DNA of 64,000 nucleotides from positions 8,184,001 through 8,248,000 of the forward strand of contig CM068754.1 of the NCBI GenBank assembly GCA_035084275.1, in the 5' to 3' direction. The notes below the pieces were generated by a model. The model did no database searches. It saw only the letters and a program-made list of their open reading frames with translations, and had not been told where the DNA came from. This DNA comes from Hydrolagus colliei. Taxonomy: Eukaryota. Position numbers and translations under genes: made by a program. Positions 49,445 to 62,578 of the stretch are shown piece by piece (within the stretch, counting starts at the first letter, position 1; each line of letters opens with the position of its first letter).

Positions 49445-49785
49445 TATGATAATATTAATAGTAAAAAAAAAGCTTATATTTGGAAACAGCACTGCTCACA
49501 TTGTGAGGATGATCCAAAACGCTTCCCAGGATATGCTATAAAGTGCATTGACTGAGTGTTTTGTGGGTTAATTGTTAAAGTAAAAAGAGTTTCTCTCTGT
49601 ATTATGGCTAATCATGCTCCACATCATTCACGTCAACATTGTTTGGGGAATTTTGCTGTGCAAATGGCTGCTACATTTGCCTATATAGAGTACTACAGTT
49701 TACAGTAATTTCCTATGATGAGCTTTTGAGGCATTTCAACACGATAAATGGTGCTATAGAAGTACATGGATTATTTATTATTACA
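49445..49785. mobile_element. Two old SINE 3' fragments in opposite orientation
   Basis: Minus copy about 49445-49570 (aaaacgcttcccagga...aaagtgcattgactg). Plus copy about 49620-49785 (tgctgtgcaaatggctgc...ttttgaggcatt...ggtgctata...ggattatttattatt). Confidence 0.55.
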
Positions 49786-51264
49786 AAATCTACATTCTAC
49801 CAATCCAGGGAGAAATGCGATGGAGTGCCACTGTCATAGATGAGGACTACAGAAGAAAACACATTGAAAATAAAAACAGGACTTCAACAAAGAAAATTGT
49901 GAGACTGAATATTTTGATAGAAGCTCACCTGCAAAGCAGATAAAAAGCAGGAAAATATTTTTCACTGAGAGCCAGCGTTGAAAAGATAAATTCTCAATTC
50001 CTCTGTTGGCAGCTAACAGAAGATTTTTAAAAAATTAATTTTTTTTGTAAATGTTGGTAAGTTAGAAAGTTCCTGAATCAGATGCTCCACCCTTTAAATT
50101 GGAAGCAAATACACACCAGCACAATTATTACTGGACTGTTCAGATTGCTGGCAAAGATGTATCGTAGAGTAATATGATTGTTCTCAAGTGATGAGTTTCC
50201 TACACACTGGTATGGTTATGTATGGTAGTAACACAAAAGGTTACTGTTATATACATAACTCAAACAGCCAGTTTTATTTTTAAACAGTGCTGCAATAATT
50301 GTCTTTTTTCCAACTGGCTTTCACAGTAGGTTTTATAGGTCATAATTCAGGTTTGAAATCAGCACTTGCTAGCTTGCTGGTGGATGAAAGGTGTTAATAT
50401 GCATGCTCTTTAGTGCTGGAAAATAGAAATAATTCTCTGTGGTATTTCGATTATATTTTACAGTCTGGAGATAAAGAGAGAGAAAGAGTCCTCAAACCTT
50501 GGTACAATTACAGCTATCATATGATTAAAAACATACTATAAAATTGCCTTTGTGCATTGTATGGAGTGTGATCACACTCAGAACATGTGCCCATGCTGTG
50601 GTTGAGAGGTGGAAAGTACACAGTACAATAAGATGTACAAGATGGGCAGATATATTAAATCTTATAAACCCAAAGTGACAACAATCGAAAAAGGGAATCT
50701 AAAACTGTGTGGGGCAGTGGGCATAAAATTGATATGGAAGGCACTTCCAAGAATTGCAATGTACAATGTCAGAGTGGCTACATTTCACAATAATCCAATA
50801 TACCCTATAAAGATGTTGGTACTGATCTTGACCGCTCGCCAAACCATTGTACAGATATCTCAAATTTAGAGCCTGGTAGATGGTGATTTTGCAAATTGCC
50901 TTTCCCTCTAAAAGCACTACATTTTGCTGGAATACGGATCGATAGACAGTGTCAGCACTATGTTCACCTCATCTTCCCCCACACCTCACTTCCCACAAAC
51001 ACACACTCTGCTCTAGTGATGGTTACCATTTAGACTTAGTTGTGAACAACAGATATTCTGCAGCCCTGATAACAACAACAAATTAAATTTTAATAGCTTT
51101 CAAGTCACGTCCACAGGCACAGGCACTGGACTCATTTGGCTCTAGCCATTGTGAAGACAAGCAATGTGACAAAAGACGAATGAATGACTCCATCGTTCTA
51201 AGGAAAAGTAAGCCCATTCCTTGTATTATGTGGTAAAAGGGAGGAGAGAGGATAAATGATTGGA

Positions 51265-51630
51265 ATTATGATGGAGGTGGTTAAGATTTTGAAAGGATTC
51301 AATAAGGCAGATAGGTCTTTATGAGCTGTTTCAACTCGTTGGTGAGTCCAAACCTAGAGGACAAAAATTTAACACAACCAGCAGTAGATCAAATACGGAA
51401 TTTATGAGGAACATCTTCATGCAGAGGATAGTGAGAATGTGGAACGCACTGTGGAAGTTGTGGTTGAACCAAACAGCATGAATGTATTCAAGAGAAACCT
51501 TGATGGAATACATGAGAGAGAAGGGATTAAAGAGGATGATGAGAGGAAGAGACTCATGTGGAGTATAAACACGAGCACAGACTAGTTGGAGGAAAATAGC
51601 TCTGTCTGGGCCATGTCACTCCATGTAACT
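51265..51630 (+). mobile_element. CR1 LINE 3' end
   Basis: Remnant frames read KILKGFNKAD, LFQLVGESKPRGQKF, RNIFMQRIVRMWNAL and FKRNLD. They are followed by the 3' UTR gactcatgtggagtataaacacgagcacagactagttgg. Confidence 0.85.
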
Positions 51631-53604
51631 ATTAAAGAATTGAGAGAGATGCACATTTTCTCATACGAATAGTATCAGACCTGTTTTCAAAAAAACAACA
51701 TTCCTGTAAACTTAAACCACATACAGAGGCTGTCTGTGGGCTTCTCATTGTGAGTGGGTTTTCTGTGTGGGGTCATTTTGTAAGCCCTAGGTGCTAACCA
51801 TTTATCTACAGTATTTCAAAATATCCCTTTATTACCAAGGAAAGAACATTTCTTCAGCAACAATGCTCTGTGTTGACTGCCTTCTTTAGTCCTGGTTGGA
51901 GTTTCAAATTGCCTTTATCATTTTCCCACTGACAGAATGCCTACCAGCAGGGCTGAGACAACTGCATCTAATTTCTAAGAGACCCTTCACACCCATCACA
52001 TAAAAATAGTTCTGCACGTCACACATCTGGCTACGTTTGTTTCTAAAACCCAAACGGTGAAAGGGTGGCACTTCAGAACATTGTTAGGGAAGACATCTAA
52101 TGTTCTGAGCAAGCTAGCCCTTCTTTTGTTAAGCAGACTTTCATATTGTGAGTACCGGTAAAAAGTACTGTGAAATAGCATTAGATTAAATCTCTCTCAT
52201 CCTCCTGTGGTTACGTTTAATGTGTGTTTGCTCTGGAAAAGAATGAATAATACAATCAAATGTCACAGTTACCTGCCTAATTCTCAAATAAGGTTATTTA
52301 TGCAGGTCTATCACTGCTAGTTTAATGGCTGTCTTTAGATGTTGCACAGTTTTTTTCAGGTTTGATGCCTTTCTGAAATGTCACTCATCCTATCTGACTA
52401 CTGAATACTACATCCTTACAGAATCGCATAACAAACTGAAAGTTCAACTGTCTAATTCTCAACAACCACAAAAAGGATTGCTTAAGCAAGGAAAGATTCA
52501 CAGCTATTTGTACCCTGGGAAATCGCAGTGTGGAACCTCAACTCTGGGAACAAATCAAATCTAACCATTTCATATGGAGAGTAACACAGAGTAATGCATC
52601 ATAAAACATCTGTCACTAACTGTTTGGAGTGTTTAAATGGCATGGACTGTTCTATATTGAGCAGAAGGAAAGAATTCTTGGGTCTCATTTTGACTGGAAC
52701 CTGAAATAGTTGTTACTCTGGCTGTCAGTTCAGATGTTCCATGCACAAACAGCTGGATTTAGAATTCCTGCCCCTGGTCAAAGAGCTTGTTTCAGGAGCT
52801 TCATTTTCTTTCAGCCTTCATTCCTTTGTGGAAATATCACTAATGTTATTTGACGATCGTAATGGTTTTCTTATGGAATCACAGAGATGGTGAGGACTGA
52901 ACTGTCCAGACTTCAACATCTATATTTCAGTATTTGTTAGCCAAGAACGACATCAACTCCAGCAAATCCACATCTCCCGGGAACAAGAGAGCAGCCCAGT
53001 CTCAGCCTTGTCATTGAAAATAAATTGGAAAGTCTGGATCTAATGATTTCATATAGGCCGTAATAATGGTTATTGACCTGTTTTAAACAGCACATTAAGG
53101 TTCAAAGACTTATCCTTTCTCAATCAGTCCACAGTTCCCAGAGCTCATATAAATCTATAAACTTAGTACAAAACACCGTGAACCACTTTCTGGTAGCTTT
53201 CTGGTCCAAGCACTCAAGTGTCAACTCAATAATCTATTACCCACGCAGGGGCACAGGACAAGGAGAGGGCACCAGTGCAAAATGTGGCTGCAGTCACAGC
53301 AGTAAATGCAACAGATCCAATAGAACACTGGTGTGCAAGTTTGAACCTCCAATCCCCAGCCATGGAGATGAATGCTCGTGACTGTGAGCTGGAGAAACAA
53401 TGCAATGACCGAGAAAGGAAAAAGCTGTCAATAAATGTGGCTCCAAATTAAAATAAAAATGCACACTCTGAATTACATGGTCAGAAATGATCTGTAATTA
53501 AAACTAAAAGACTTGGGAGTATAAAATTCTATATCTTTCTTTGTTTACAGTACTGTGAAGTTAAATCAATACTGTTATCACTCTAAACCAAAGCCATTTA
53601 ACGA

Positions 53605-53902
53605 CTGATTCGGTTGGTAGCATTTTTGCCTCTAGGTCATCAGGTTGTAGATTGAAGCTTCATGTCATGGACATTTTGCTCACCATTGAAAATGACCCTC
53701 CAATACAGTGTTTGGGGGCTTGCTGCATTGTTGGAGATGCTGTTCTTCAGATCCAACATTAAATTGGCTGCCACGTTTCACTGCAATATATACAGTCAGT
53801 TCATTTTACAGTATATTGTATTTTGCGAAGCACTTTGAGACATCTCGAAGACGTCTTAAGGTGCCATATCAAATGCAAGGATTAATATTCATATTTATTA
53901 TC
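53605..53902 (+). mobile_element. SacSINE1-like head joined to a SINE tail
   Basis: ttcggttggtagcatttttgcctct...ggttgtagattgaag...ggagatgctgttcttcagat...cactttgagacatctcgaagacgt...tatcaaatgcaaggatt. Confidence 0.7.
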
Positions 53903-53927
53903 AATTGAGGCTCTTTCTGTTCACTAC

Positions 53928-54007
53928 GGAACCCATTGATATTGTTCGAAATAAGTGTCCTTGTAAAGGAACCCATTGATACTGTTCGAAATAAATGTCC
54001 TTGTAAA
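53928..54007. repeat. 40-bp tandem duplication (2 copies, 2 mismatches)
   Basis: ggaacccattgatattgttcgaaataagtgtccttgtaaa / ggaacccattgatactgttcgaaataaatgtccttgtaaa. Confidence 0.95.
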
Positions 54008-57000
54008 TAATCCAATGGTCAAATTGGTTTATGGGCTGTGTGTGGGATATAGCACACATTCACCTACAAATACACAGTCACTACACTTAACCATATTTAT
54101 CATGAAGCTCTTTGTGATGTTTCAACGTGGTAAGGCACATTAATAATAAAAACTGTGGATTGGCATTCTCTGGAAAGAATGGTACTGGAGCTATTTACAT
54201 TTTCTTTACAAGCAGTTTAACACACAAATCCTCTCTTTCTACACAGAAGGCAGAAAGCCACAGCCCAGAATTGTTGCAGAAGAAAAACAACCCTCGTTCA
54301 CCAAAGTTAATAGGAATCGATAGCATCTGCAGCAAGAAGATTGTTCTCTTTACAAAATAAATAGTTTGGCATTTACAAAATCTGCACAAAATGCACAAGG
54401 CTGTTTCCAGGGCGATTTAAAACGACTCTTCCACACAGCCATTATTTCAATGAAACAATGTACACGTCCACGTATCCAAAACACCTACCTGTCATAACCA
54501 TAGCACTGGAGCATGTATGTACTGTACAAAAGTATTCTTTCTGCTGATACATCAATTAGTGCAGTTCACTGCTACTGAGGTTAAGCCAGGGGAAATGCCT
54601 GTCTAACTGGTTTTAACTGATGATGATTGAATTCAATCGAGGCCGTGTTTATGAACAAATTAAACTAAATGTGAAAATTATGCAATGAACTCATGTTAAT
54701 TCAATACATGTGCACATTTAAAGTACCTCTGGTCTTGATAATTTAGGTAATGTGAATTCCACTGTCCTATGAATTACTATATGAACACACTCCAACCATC
54801 CCCTCAATCTACTGCACATCATTCCTAGGTTATCAACCAGGGGTGTAAAGAATAGGGAGACGGCATGAATAAATAATATGAATAGTTCTTGCATTTCTTG
54901 TAATGCCTTATCCTTTCAAGATGTTTCAAAGCCTTTAATGCCATAGGTTACTTTAAAGTGTGCTGAATGTTAGTTACATGGAAGGCAAAGGCAACAGCTA
55001 ATCAAAACTAGTCAAGTCTTATAAACAACAATACAATATTTTTGTATATGCCCACAAATGGGCGGAGAAAATCAATCTGAATGAACAGATCCAAAGGTTA
55101 ACCAGTTCCATCCATATCTGTCAATTGGCTTACCCCACGTAATCCTGAATTGGAAGTGACTGCAGTTATATTTAAAAATAAATCCTTTCAATTCTCAATG
55201 ATTTGAATGGGAACTGCAGTTTTGTGACTTTGCTGCATTGACAGTATGAAAATAACACCAATGCAAAACCATATTCTGGGGATATTTGAAGTAAAGCAAA
55301 TCATTATTTGATCAAGATTATTAAAGGCAATACACTGGGCCTGTAAAACTTTACTTGTTGAGTCTCGTCAGCTCAAAAAGCAATAGCCTCATAATCCTTC
55401 CTCTCAATGCTAGAATTTGGCTTCTAATCTGATTTGGTTTTAAAAATCTTGCGCTGTGTATTTACTCCCTGATCGATTTCTATTTTAGTTCCTCTGCCCA
55501 TTTCCTTTGAGTCATACTTTTTAGCTCCTGTCACGAATAAATGAGTTCTGAGATGTGCACTTCAGTGCTTCAAAATATTGCCATCACATAAGTGCCTCAA
55601 GTCAAAGGGTATATAGTCTGTCGTCCTTACATTGCCACGACACATATGCTCAGCCTTTGAACTTTGTCTGCCTTACACAGTAAGTCTGTACATTTATATT
55701 GCTAGCATAAGGAAGAGTAGAGCATAATGTTAAATAAAAGGCAATTATCTTTACCATTTTATAATGCTCGGCAATCATTTATTAATGTGAAAATTAACTT
55801 TAAATATTGAATTGTGGCACTAAGCTAAAATGGGCAGTCATGAATATCTTTCATTATTGCTGCATTCCTTCACTAGGTTTGAAGTCAAAGGAATACTCCA
55901 GGGAAAGGTTACAGAATAATGCTTGTGAACCAAATCCCACAGTCAACAATAAGTGTTGTGTATCAAATTCAGTTCTTAACCTAAGTCCTAGTTATTGTAG
56001 TTTGCCAGTAGCTGTTTAGAAACATAAGAATGTACACAAATGCAAAAAAAATAACAGTAAGTCTCATTAGGAAATATCATCTCTTCCTATCCTACATATC
56101 CCTGAATCGAAGCACTACGAGACACTACCCTGTGTGAAAGGTGCTGTGTAAGTGTTTTGTTATTCTCCTCCACCATTAAAACATCATTTTGAAACTGTTT
56201 CCATGTAACTGGACATCACTTCAGCACTGTGATGAGTCCTGAAGTAAAATAACTGTTCCTACCTAATTTGCTTCCAACTTTCATGATGGACCCAACTCAT
56301 ATACCCCTAATCTTAACCTCAAGGAGGCTAGATAACGCTTCATAAAACAGGGATGTTCTCCTTATGTATGACTCAATAGTACAGTAAGTGAAACATTCAT
56401 TAATACTGGAATTGGAAGATGCTAATAAAACATCATTAGAGGAAATACACTGCTTTCCCAGTTGACAGTCCCTTTATTTTATTCAGAACCTGTTACTGTG
56501 CTAAAGTCAGGGCAACAGGGAATCTTTCAATGGCACAGCCATTTGTTACCATGTATACCAGTCGGGAAATAACAAGGGAAGGCAGCATGAGTTACACAAT
56601 CTGATATATGAAGCTGCCACTGGGGACACAAGGACCAAAACAATCACAAGCTAGTTTTACATTAAAATTTTACCTGAAAATAGGTGGTATCATCACCTGG
56701 GCTGCTTTTTTAAAGGTGTTAACATTAATACGGATACGTTACACTAATAAGCAGTGATGTGATAGTGAAAATAGACTAGAATGAACCATATTAAAATACT
56801 ACTCTCTGGCAATTCTGGTCTCTAGAAGGAGAGAGGCAATGACCAATTCTGAAATGTTTGAAACCCTTGCACTACAGTGTATTCGCTAGTTGGATTGTGC
56901 ATTGGATTAAATGATACAAGTCGAAAGATCACAATCCCAAGTCCTTTTTCATTTTAACATGAGTGTGGAGTATGTGTTCTTAATTTATTTTAGTAATAAA

Positions 57001-57509
57001 TCGAATTTCCACAGGTAAAAGAGCATTAATTACCAGATTTCAGTTGTCTTATAGCCCTGGAACATAATGAATGTTATCCAAGTTTCAAAGATAGAATTAA
57101 ATCATTTGAGTTACTGGAGAAACTCTAATAACGGGTTACCTAATTTGATTATGTTAACTCTGTGTAATTAGAATCATTTCATGTGTTATCTTTATTACTC
57201 TAATGACTTTCCATCCATCTTTCAGACATAGGGTTGATGAATGTTGAATTAGTGGCAAACCTCTACTGTTCATTTCAGTCAGTTTATATACAGAAATTAT
57301 TATTGTGCTTTCAAGTTAGTTCTCACATGCAAATGGCCAATATTTTAATGTCATCTTTATTAGTTCAACAAATTTACCATTTCATGTGTTTTTCTGCTGA
57401 CAGGAGTTTTTTTTTAATCACATTGAACCTTCTATAGTCACTGATGTAGATGCAATTTATTTTGTTTCTCCTACACTTTGTTCATTTATCACAAAGCAAT
57501 AAAAAAAAT

Positions 57510-57780
57510 TACTTTTGATATATTGCTTTATCATGCTTGGAATTCACCTCAAAGCGCTTCACAGGATTTACTGCAAAGTGCAGTGACCATGCATTTGTAT
57601 GCAAAAAATGACAGCCAATTAGCACACACTAATGTCCCACAAATACCCATGATGAATGACCAATTTTATTGGAGGAACATTTATTAGTCAGGATACTGGG
57701 GGGAAAAAAATTCCCTTCCAGTACAGCCCCTCTGAAAAAACAGCACTGCCTTACACCCTGCAATCTATAAGAGAGTTAGC
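57510..57780 (-). mobile_element. Old SINE fragment
   Basis: ctcaaagcgcttcacagga...agccaattagcacac...tgtcccacaaa...aatgaccaatt...caggatactgggggaaa. Confidence 0.7.
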
Positions 57781-57809
57781 CTTGACTAGAATCTCAAAGT
57801 ATTAAACTA

Positions 57810-57932
57810 TAATAATAAATAATAACCCTTGCATTGGATACAGCACTTTTCACATTTTATCGACATCTCAAAGCACTTCACAGAATATACTGTAAATTGA
57901 ACTGACTGTATATTTGTGGGTGAAACTGGGCA
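57810..57932 (-). mobile_element. SINE 3' fragment
   Basis: aataataacccttgcattggatacagcacttttcac...gacatctcaaagcacttcacagaatatactgtaaa. Confidence 0.85.
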
Positions 57933-58107
57933 AATGTCAAGAAAATGTCAACAATGAAATGGACTTTTACATAATTGTGATAATGTCCTTATTGTAATCT
58001 GGGAAAGAAATGAAGCACACACTTCAGTCTTACTCGACTGTGTCACAAACATTGGCGCCGCCATAACTACATTGCTCTTGTCTTAAATCTATATCCATTA
58101 TCATCAA

Positions 58108-58310
58108 ATAATAATAAATAAAATAATAATCCTTGCATTTGATATAGCACTTTTCATGTCTTCTAGACATCTGAAAGCATTTCACAGAACATACTGTAAA
58201 GTGAATTGACTGTATTTTTGTGGGCGAAACCTAGCAGCCAATTGCGCACAGCGGTTTGGTTACTCAATACACGACAAACAAACATGGATTGAAGGACCAA
58301 ATTTTTTTAA
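58108..58310 (-). mobile_element. SINE 3' fragment
   Basis: aataataatccttgcatttgatatagcacttttcatgtcttctagacatctgaaagc...gcagccaattgcgcacagc...catggattgaaggaccaaatt. Confidence 0.9.
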
Positions 58311-61219
58311 TATACAAATGCGATCATTGTACCTATTCCATAATATCCAAGTACAAAACATAAGGCATAAGGCAAAACATAATACTGTAGTAATTTCTGT
58401 TTCCCAGAATACTGTATACTTTAATCAGTGGAAAATATGCCATCTCCTAGATTATAAACAGTTGCATCAGTGGTCACATTCACATATACTTCTACACGGT
58501 CCTTATAAATGTATTGCTTAGGAAAAAGCTCCTTGTAAACACACCATCTGGCGAACAAGAAGAGAAAGGAAATGCATATCATTCAGGATTTCATTTTAAA
58601 AATTCTGATTAGTAAGAACAGTTTAATAACTTCAGGAAGAGGGTTATCTGATTTTGTGAATGAAAATTGATACAATTGTAATCTACATTGTCACTGATTT
58701 TAAAAAATGGTATTTGTAACCAGAGGTAGTACTCTAATTCTAGCAAATTAGGTCCTTATGAATGTACTGTCCATGAAAAAGTCCTTTGTAAACTTACTCA
58801 CTGTTTGGGGAATGAGAAGAGAATGGAAAGCTGTGTATCTTCATCATAAGTTAAATGTGTCAGCCCCTTATGTGTTTAATGATTGTTTAAAACATAATGG
58901 ATATTAAAACTATTTAGAGTCTTGGCTCAGCTCTCTATCCATCAGGTAGCAGCTATATAGGCTTCCAGATTAACTCTGGGTTAGTGAATTGTAGATGATT
59001 GAGATTCTGCTGTAGAAATCTCATGCTTCACTGAAGTGCCACTAAGATGTGGCACGCCCACATTGTGCACACAAAAGGTTCCAGCAATCCGTGAAAATCT
59101 TTTTTTCTAAACCATTTGAATATTTCAAGGTGAGTTACAAGTCTGCAGCTTGCTGTGAACATCACACTGAATGGACCAATGCTGGTCATTGGTAAAGAAT
59201 GGTTTGGGCAAAAAGTTAACAGCAAAACGACTGAACACATTTGTAGGACAAAATCTGAAGACATGAAATTCAGATGCACAGAAGAAATGTCCCCAGAGAC
59301 AATTGGCACACGCATCTCAGGCTTTTTAGTATGATTGAGCCGTTCCTCTGTAAATGTCAAATCTCTGTCTTCTCCTTCTCCCATCAATCCTTTTGAAGTG
59401 TTCTTAACATAATGTATTTCACCAGACACTTATAAACAATAATCAGCAAACTATTTAAACCTAACAAACCTCATCCCGAATCCCAGGAGCTAACCTGCAA
59501 GCTGCAACTTTATTAAGTACACTTGCAAACGGCGAGTGATGGCATTTAAAGTGAAGTGTAAGCTGAATTCTCTCACGACTTTGGAGATTTCTAACATCTT
59601 ATCTGCATTTTGCAGGTCCCAGTGTTGAACTCTCTTTCTCGTACAACACTCTGAGTTTGAAATCAAACGTGACCTTGAATGGGTAACAATATTAGAATGC
59701 TATAATCTCTTCCAAAGAGAAAACAAATCAAGCATACGTGTCAGGCTGAACAAAAGATCATTTGCTGCTCCAGCTCATTTCATAATTGTTTTAAAAGTTG
59801 AGTTATCTGAAGCTGGGAAGAGAAGTTTCTCTCCCTCGATGCAATATTTTTCGGGGTTCAAACATGAAAAGGTTTTGCTATTCTACATTTTTCATCTATT
59901 CTTGCCACTGGCCATTGGTAGTCTTCTTCTGAGGGTTCTGATTTGCCTACCTTTAGGATTATGACACTGCACATTAATATAATATATATGATAATAATCC
60001 TTGCATGCGATATATTTGATGATGATGCTCTGCCACTAAACAGAATGTCTATCGGAATGTCCACACAGTTTCAGTTCTCTATGAGAAATACAGCAAGCGT
60101 ATCTTCCTTTCGAAACAAATTCAATTTGTTTTTAAACGCTTCAGTGTAAACCTGCTGCCACTTGCCCTTGATTGACAGTAGAAACGATCTGTCAATTCCC
60201 ATTGCCATTTGGAAAACATGACTGCTGCATGCCTTCTTTTTAAGCATTGAGTAAGTCAATTTGTTACCTTGCATTGTGCTCTCTGTACATATTCAATAAA
60301 GTTATATTTACTTGTTGGGATTCAGTCAATCCACTGTGGCGGTCTCTGTAATCCAATTCCTGGGCTACGTGGGTCTGTAATACTCCAGCGCACTGCAAGT
60401 GACAGACAAGGCAGCCGGGCTTATTTGCAGAGTTTAGAGGGGCAGACCGCAGAGGGAGCAGGGATTCATTCTTCGCACTCAGCTCCTGTTAACCTGCAAG
60501 ACAAACCCCTAACTAGTAGGGGAGTCCTAGCTGGATCAGAAGTGGTAAGCTTGCCAAACAATATTCTCAATGACAAGGGATCCATTTTTAGCTGGTTGGA
60601 TTTCAGCTGTACCCCCAACACACCCTTAGGGGTCTGCGAACTTTGTTCCTGCCAATCTGAGCCTTGTTTATATGATTCTATTTTTATATTATTATTGTTG
60701 TTGTTGTAAGACTGTACTTTCCGGATTTATGTAAATCAGTATGTCCCTCCAGGAGACCCGCACACTCCATTCCAAACATGAGCATTTCCACGCGGTGTAG
60801 ATATCAATAGTTATCTGGAACTCTGTTTGGTTCGGATGCTCTCAATGTGCCAGACACCAGGCCAAAGAAAATTTATAGTTACATGGTATCCTATTATGTA
60901 AGCCAAATTAATTCAACATATTTCACTCTGATGTTCACTGCAGCAGTTCGCCCTTGCTGAGATCACTTCTGATTAGGAACAGAGAACCATAGGAATGCAC
61001 AGGACTGGAAGAGAATATTTCAGTCCATCTGGATGCTCCCTAAGTAAAACTATTCATATGCTCCTGTATCTGCCATACCCCCTCAATTGATTCCTTCGCT
61101 ACTTACTTAATTCCCTCTCGAACTGTCACAACGTACTTCCAACACTCTGGGTAGTCCAATGGACAGGGGCCTCTCTCTGTGTTGACAGGTGAGACACTGT
61201 ATGTGGCAGCAGATCAACA

Positions 61220-61271
61220 CCTTGGGATGTCCTCCTGACATGAAAGGCGCTATGTAAAGGCAATTTGTTGT
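61220..61271 (+). mobile_element. L2 3' tail only
   Basis: ccttgggatgtcctcctgacatgaaaggcgctatgtaaaggcaatttgttgt. Confidence 0.8.
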
Positions 61272-62553
61272 GGGTGGCACTGGTGGTAGTAACTGAATGC
61301 TCCATCTCAAAGAAAAAAAACACATGATCTGTCCCACCCCATCAAAAAACATGTTCTGCTCATGCATTACACAGCAGCATAGATGCACAATTCCCCATAC
61401 CATGAAATAAGTGGGACGAAGCACGAATAGTGCAGCATTAGGGAATGCTCGAGGAAGGGATAAGAAGCGAGGGAAACATTTTAAAGGATACTTTTTTACA
61501 TTTCTCTAAAAAGACATTGCAAGCCTTAGCCCAACCTAGATTTAATACGCAGAATCTACCAACCTCTTAAACAGGATTTCTTTTATCTTTCTATCTATGC
61601 AGAGAGCAATACTAAGTTTCAAAGTGTGTGCATCCCACTCAGTGTGAGTAGGCTCCAGTTGCTGAGGAGATATTGTTCGCTCTCTGTTGTCACAGATTGT
61701 CCTGTCATATTGCTTCCTGCTGGTTGAAAGCCCATGGAAACCTAGATCTCTTTGGAGTTTAAAATTCAAGCTTTACCTTTAACGATACTGTGGGATAATC
61801 AACTCCACTTGTGTTTAATCAATTACTAAAAAAAAACTTTCACTGATGTGCAATATCTAATGTCTAAATATGTACTGAAATATGGAAATGTCTCAAAGCA
61901 CTTTAAACACAGCTTGAAAACCTTGTATTTCTTTGCTAGCAGTCACATCGCCCGATGACAAGCGGCTTCCAACAATCTCAATGAAATCATAAAAAATAAT
62001 TAATAGTAGGATCTAGGTACTGCTGAATCTTCTCTGTATTAATCGGTGCTGTACCAAACTTGGGAGTTTTGCTTTATTATGACACTTAAACTGCAAGAAT
62101 CACAACCCCAGAACGCTCCTTTCTCTGGATTCTATTTCCATTCTCGTTTAATGTAGCTTTAAGCGCAGACCTGCCGAAGCAACTCTCTTTCAAATGATAA
62201 CTACCTCCCAAACTTCACTTTCAGATTAGTGATGTAGGTTAGCCACACATCATTGCCCCCACAGCCTCGCAAAGAGATTAGTGTTAGCCTCTCAGGCAGC
62301 TGGCTGCGTCATCGAAAATGATTCGTCAAAAAGATTGTCTAATTAACCATTTTCTCCCTTTGGAAACTAAGTGACTGAATGCTTGAAGAGATTTTTATTT
62401 CACTGAGAAACTGGCAAATTCCCCGGTTCATATAAAGTACACAGCACCTTTTCTGAGCAAGATTCAAAGAGCCTGAAGGTTCTATTTAGAATGGTTTCAT
62501 TTGAGTTGATTCTAAGCAATTCCTTCCCCCTCTTTCCTCCTCCCCACCCCTCA

Positions 62554-62578
62554 CCCCCCCCCCCCCCCCCCCCCCCCC
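62554..62578. repeat. Poly-C tract (25 nt)
   Basis: Seen directly. Confidence 0.95.

Noticed and set aside
53547-53559. 13-nt match to miR-101 (tacagtactgtga)
   Set aside because: No complementary 5' arm upstream, and the 3' half diverges.
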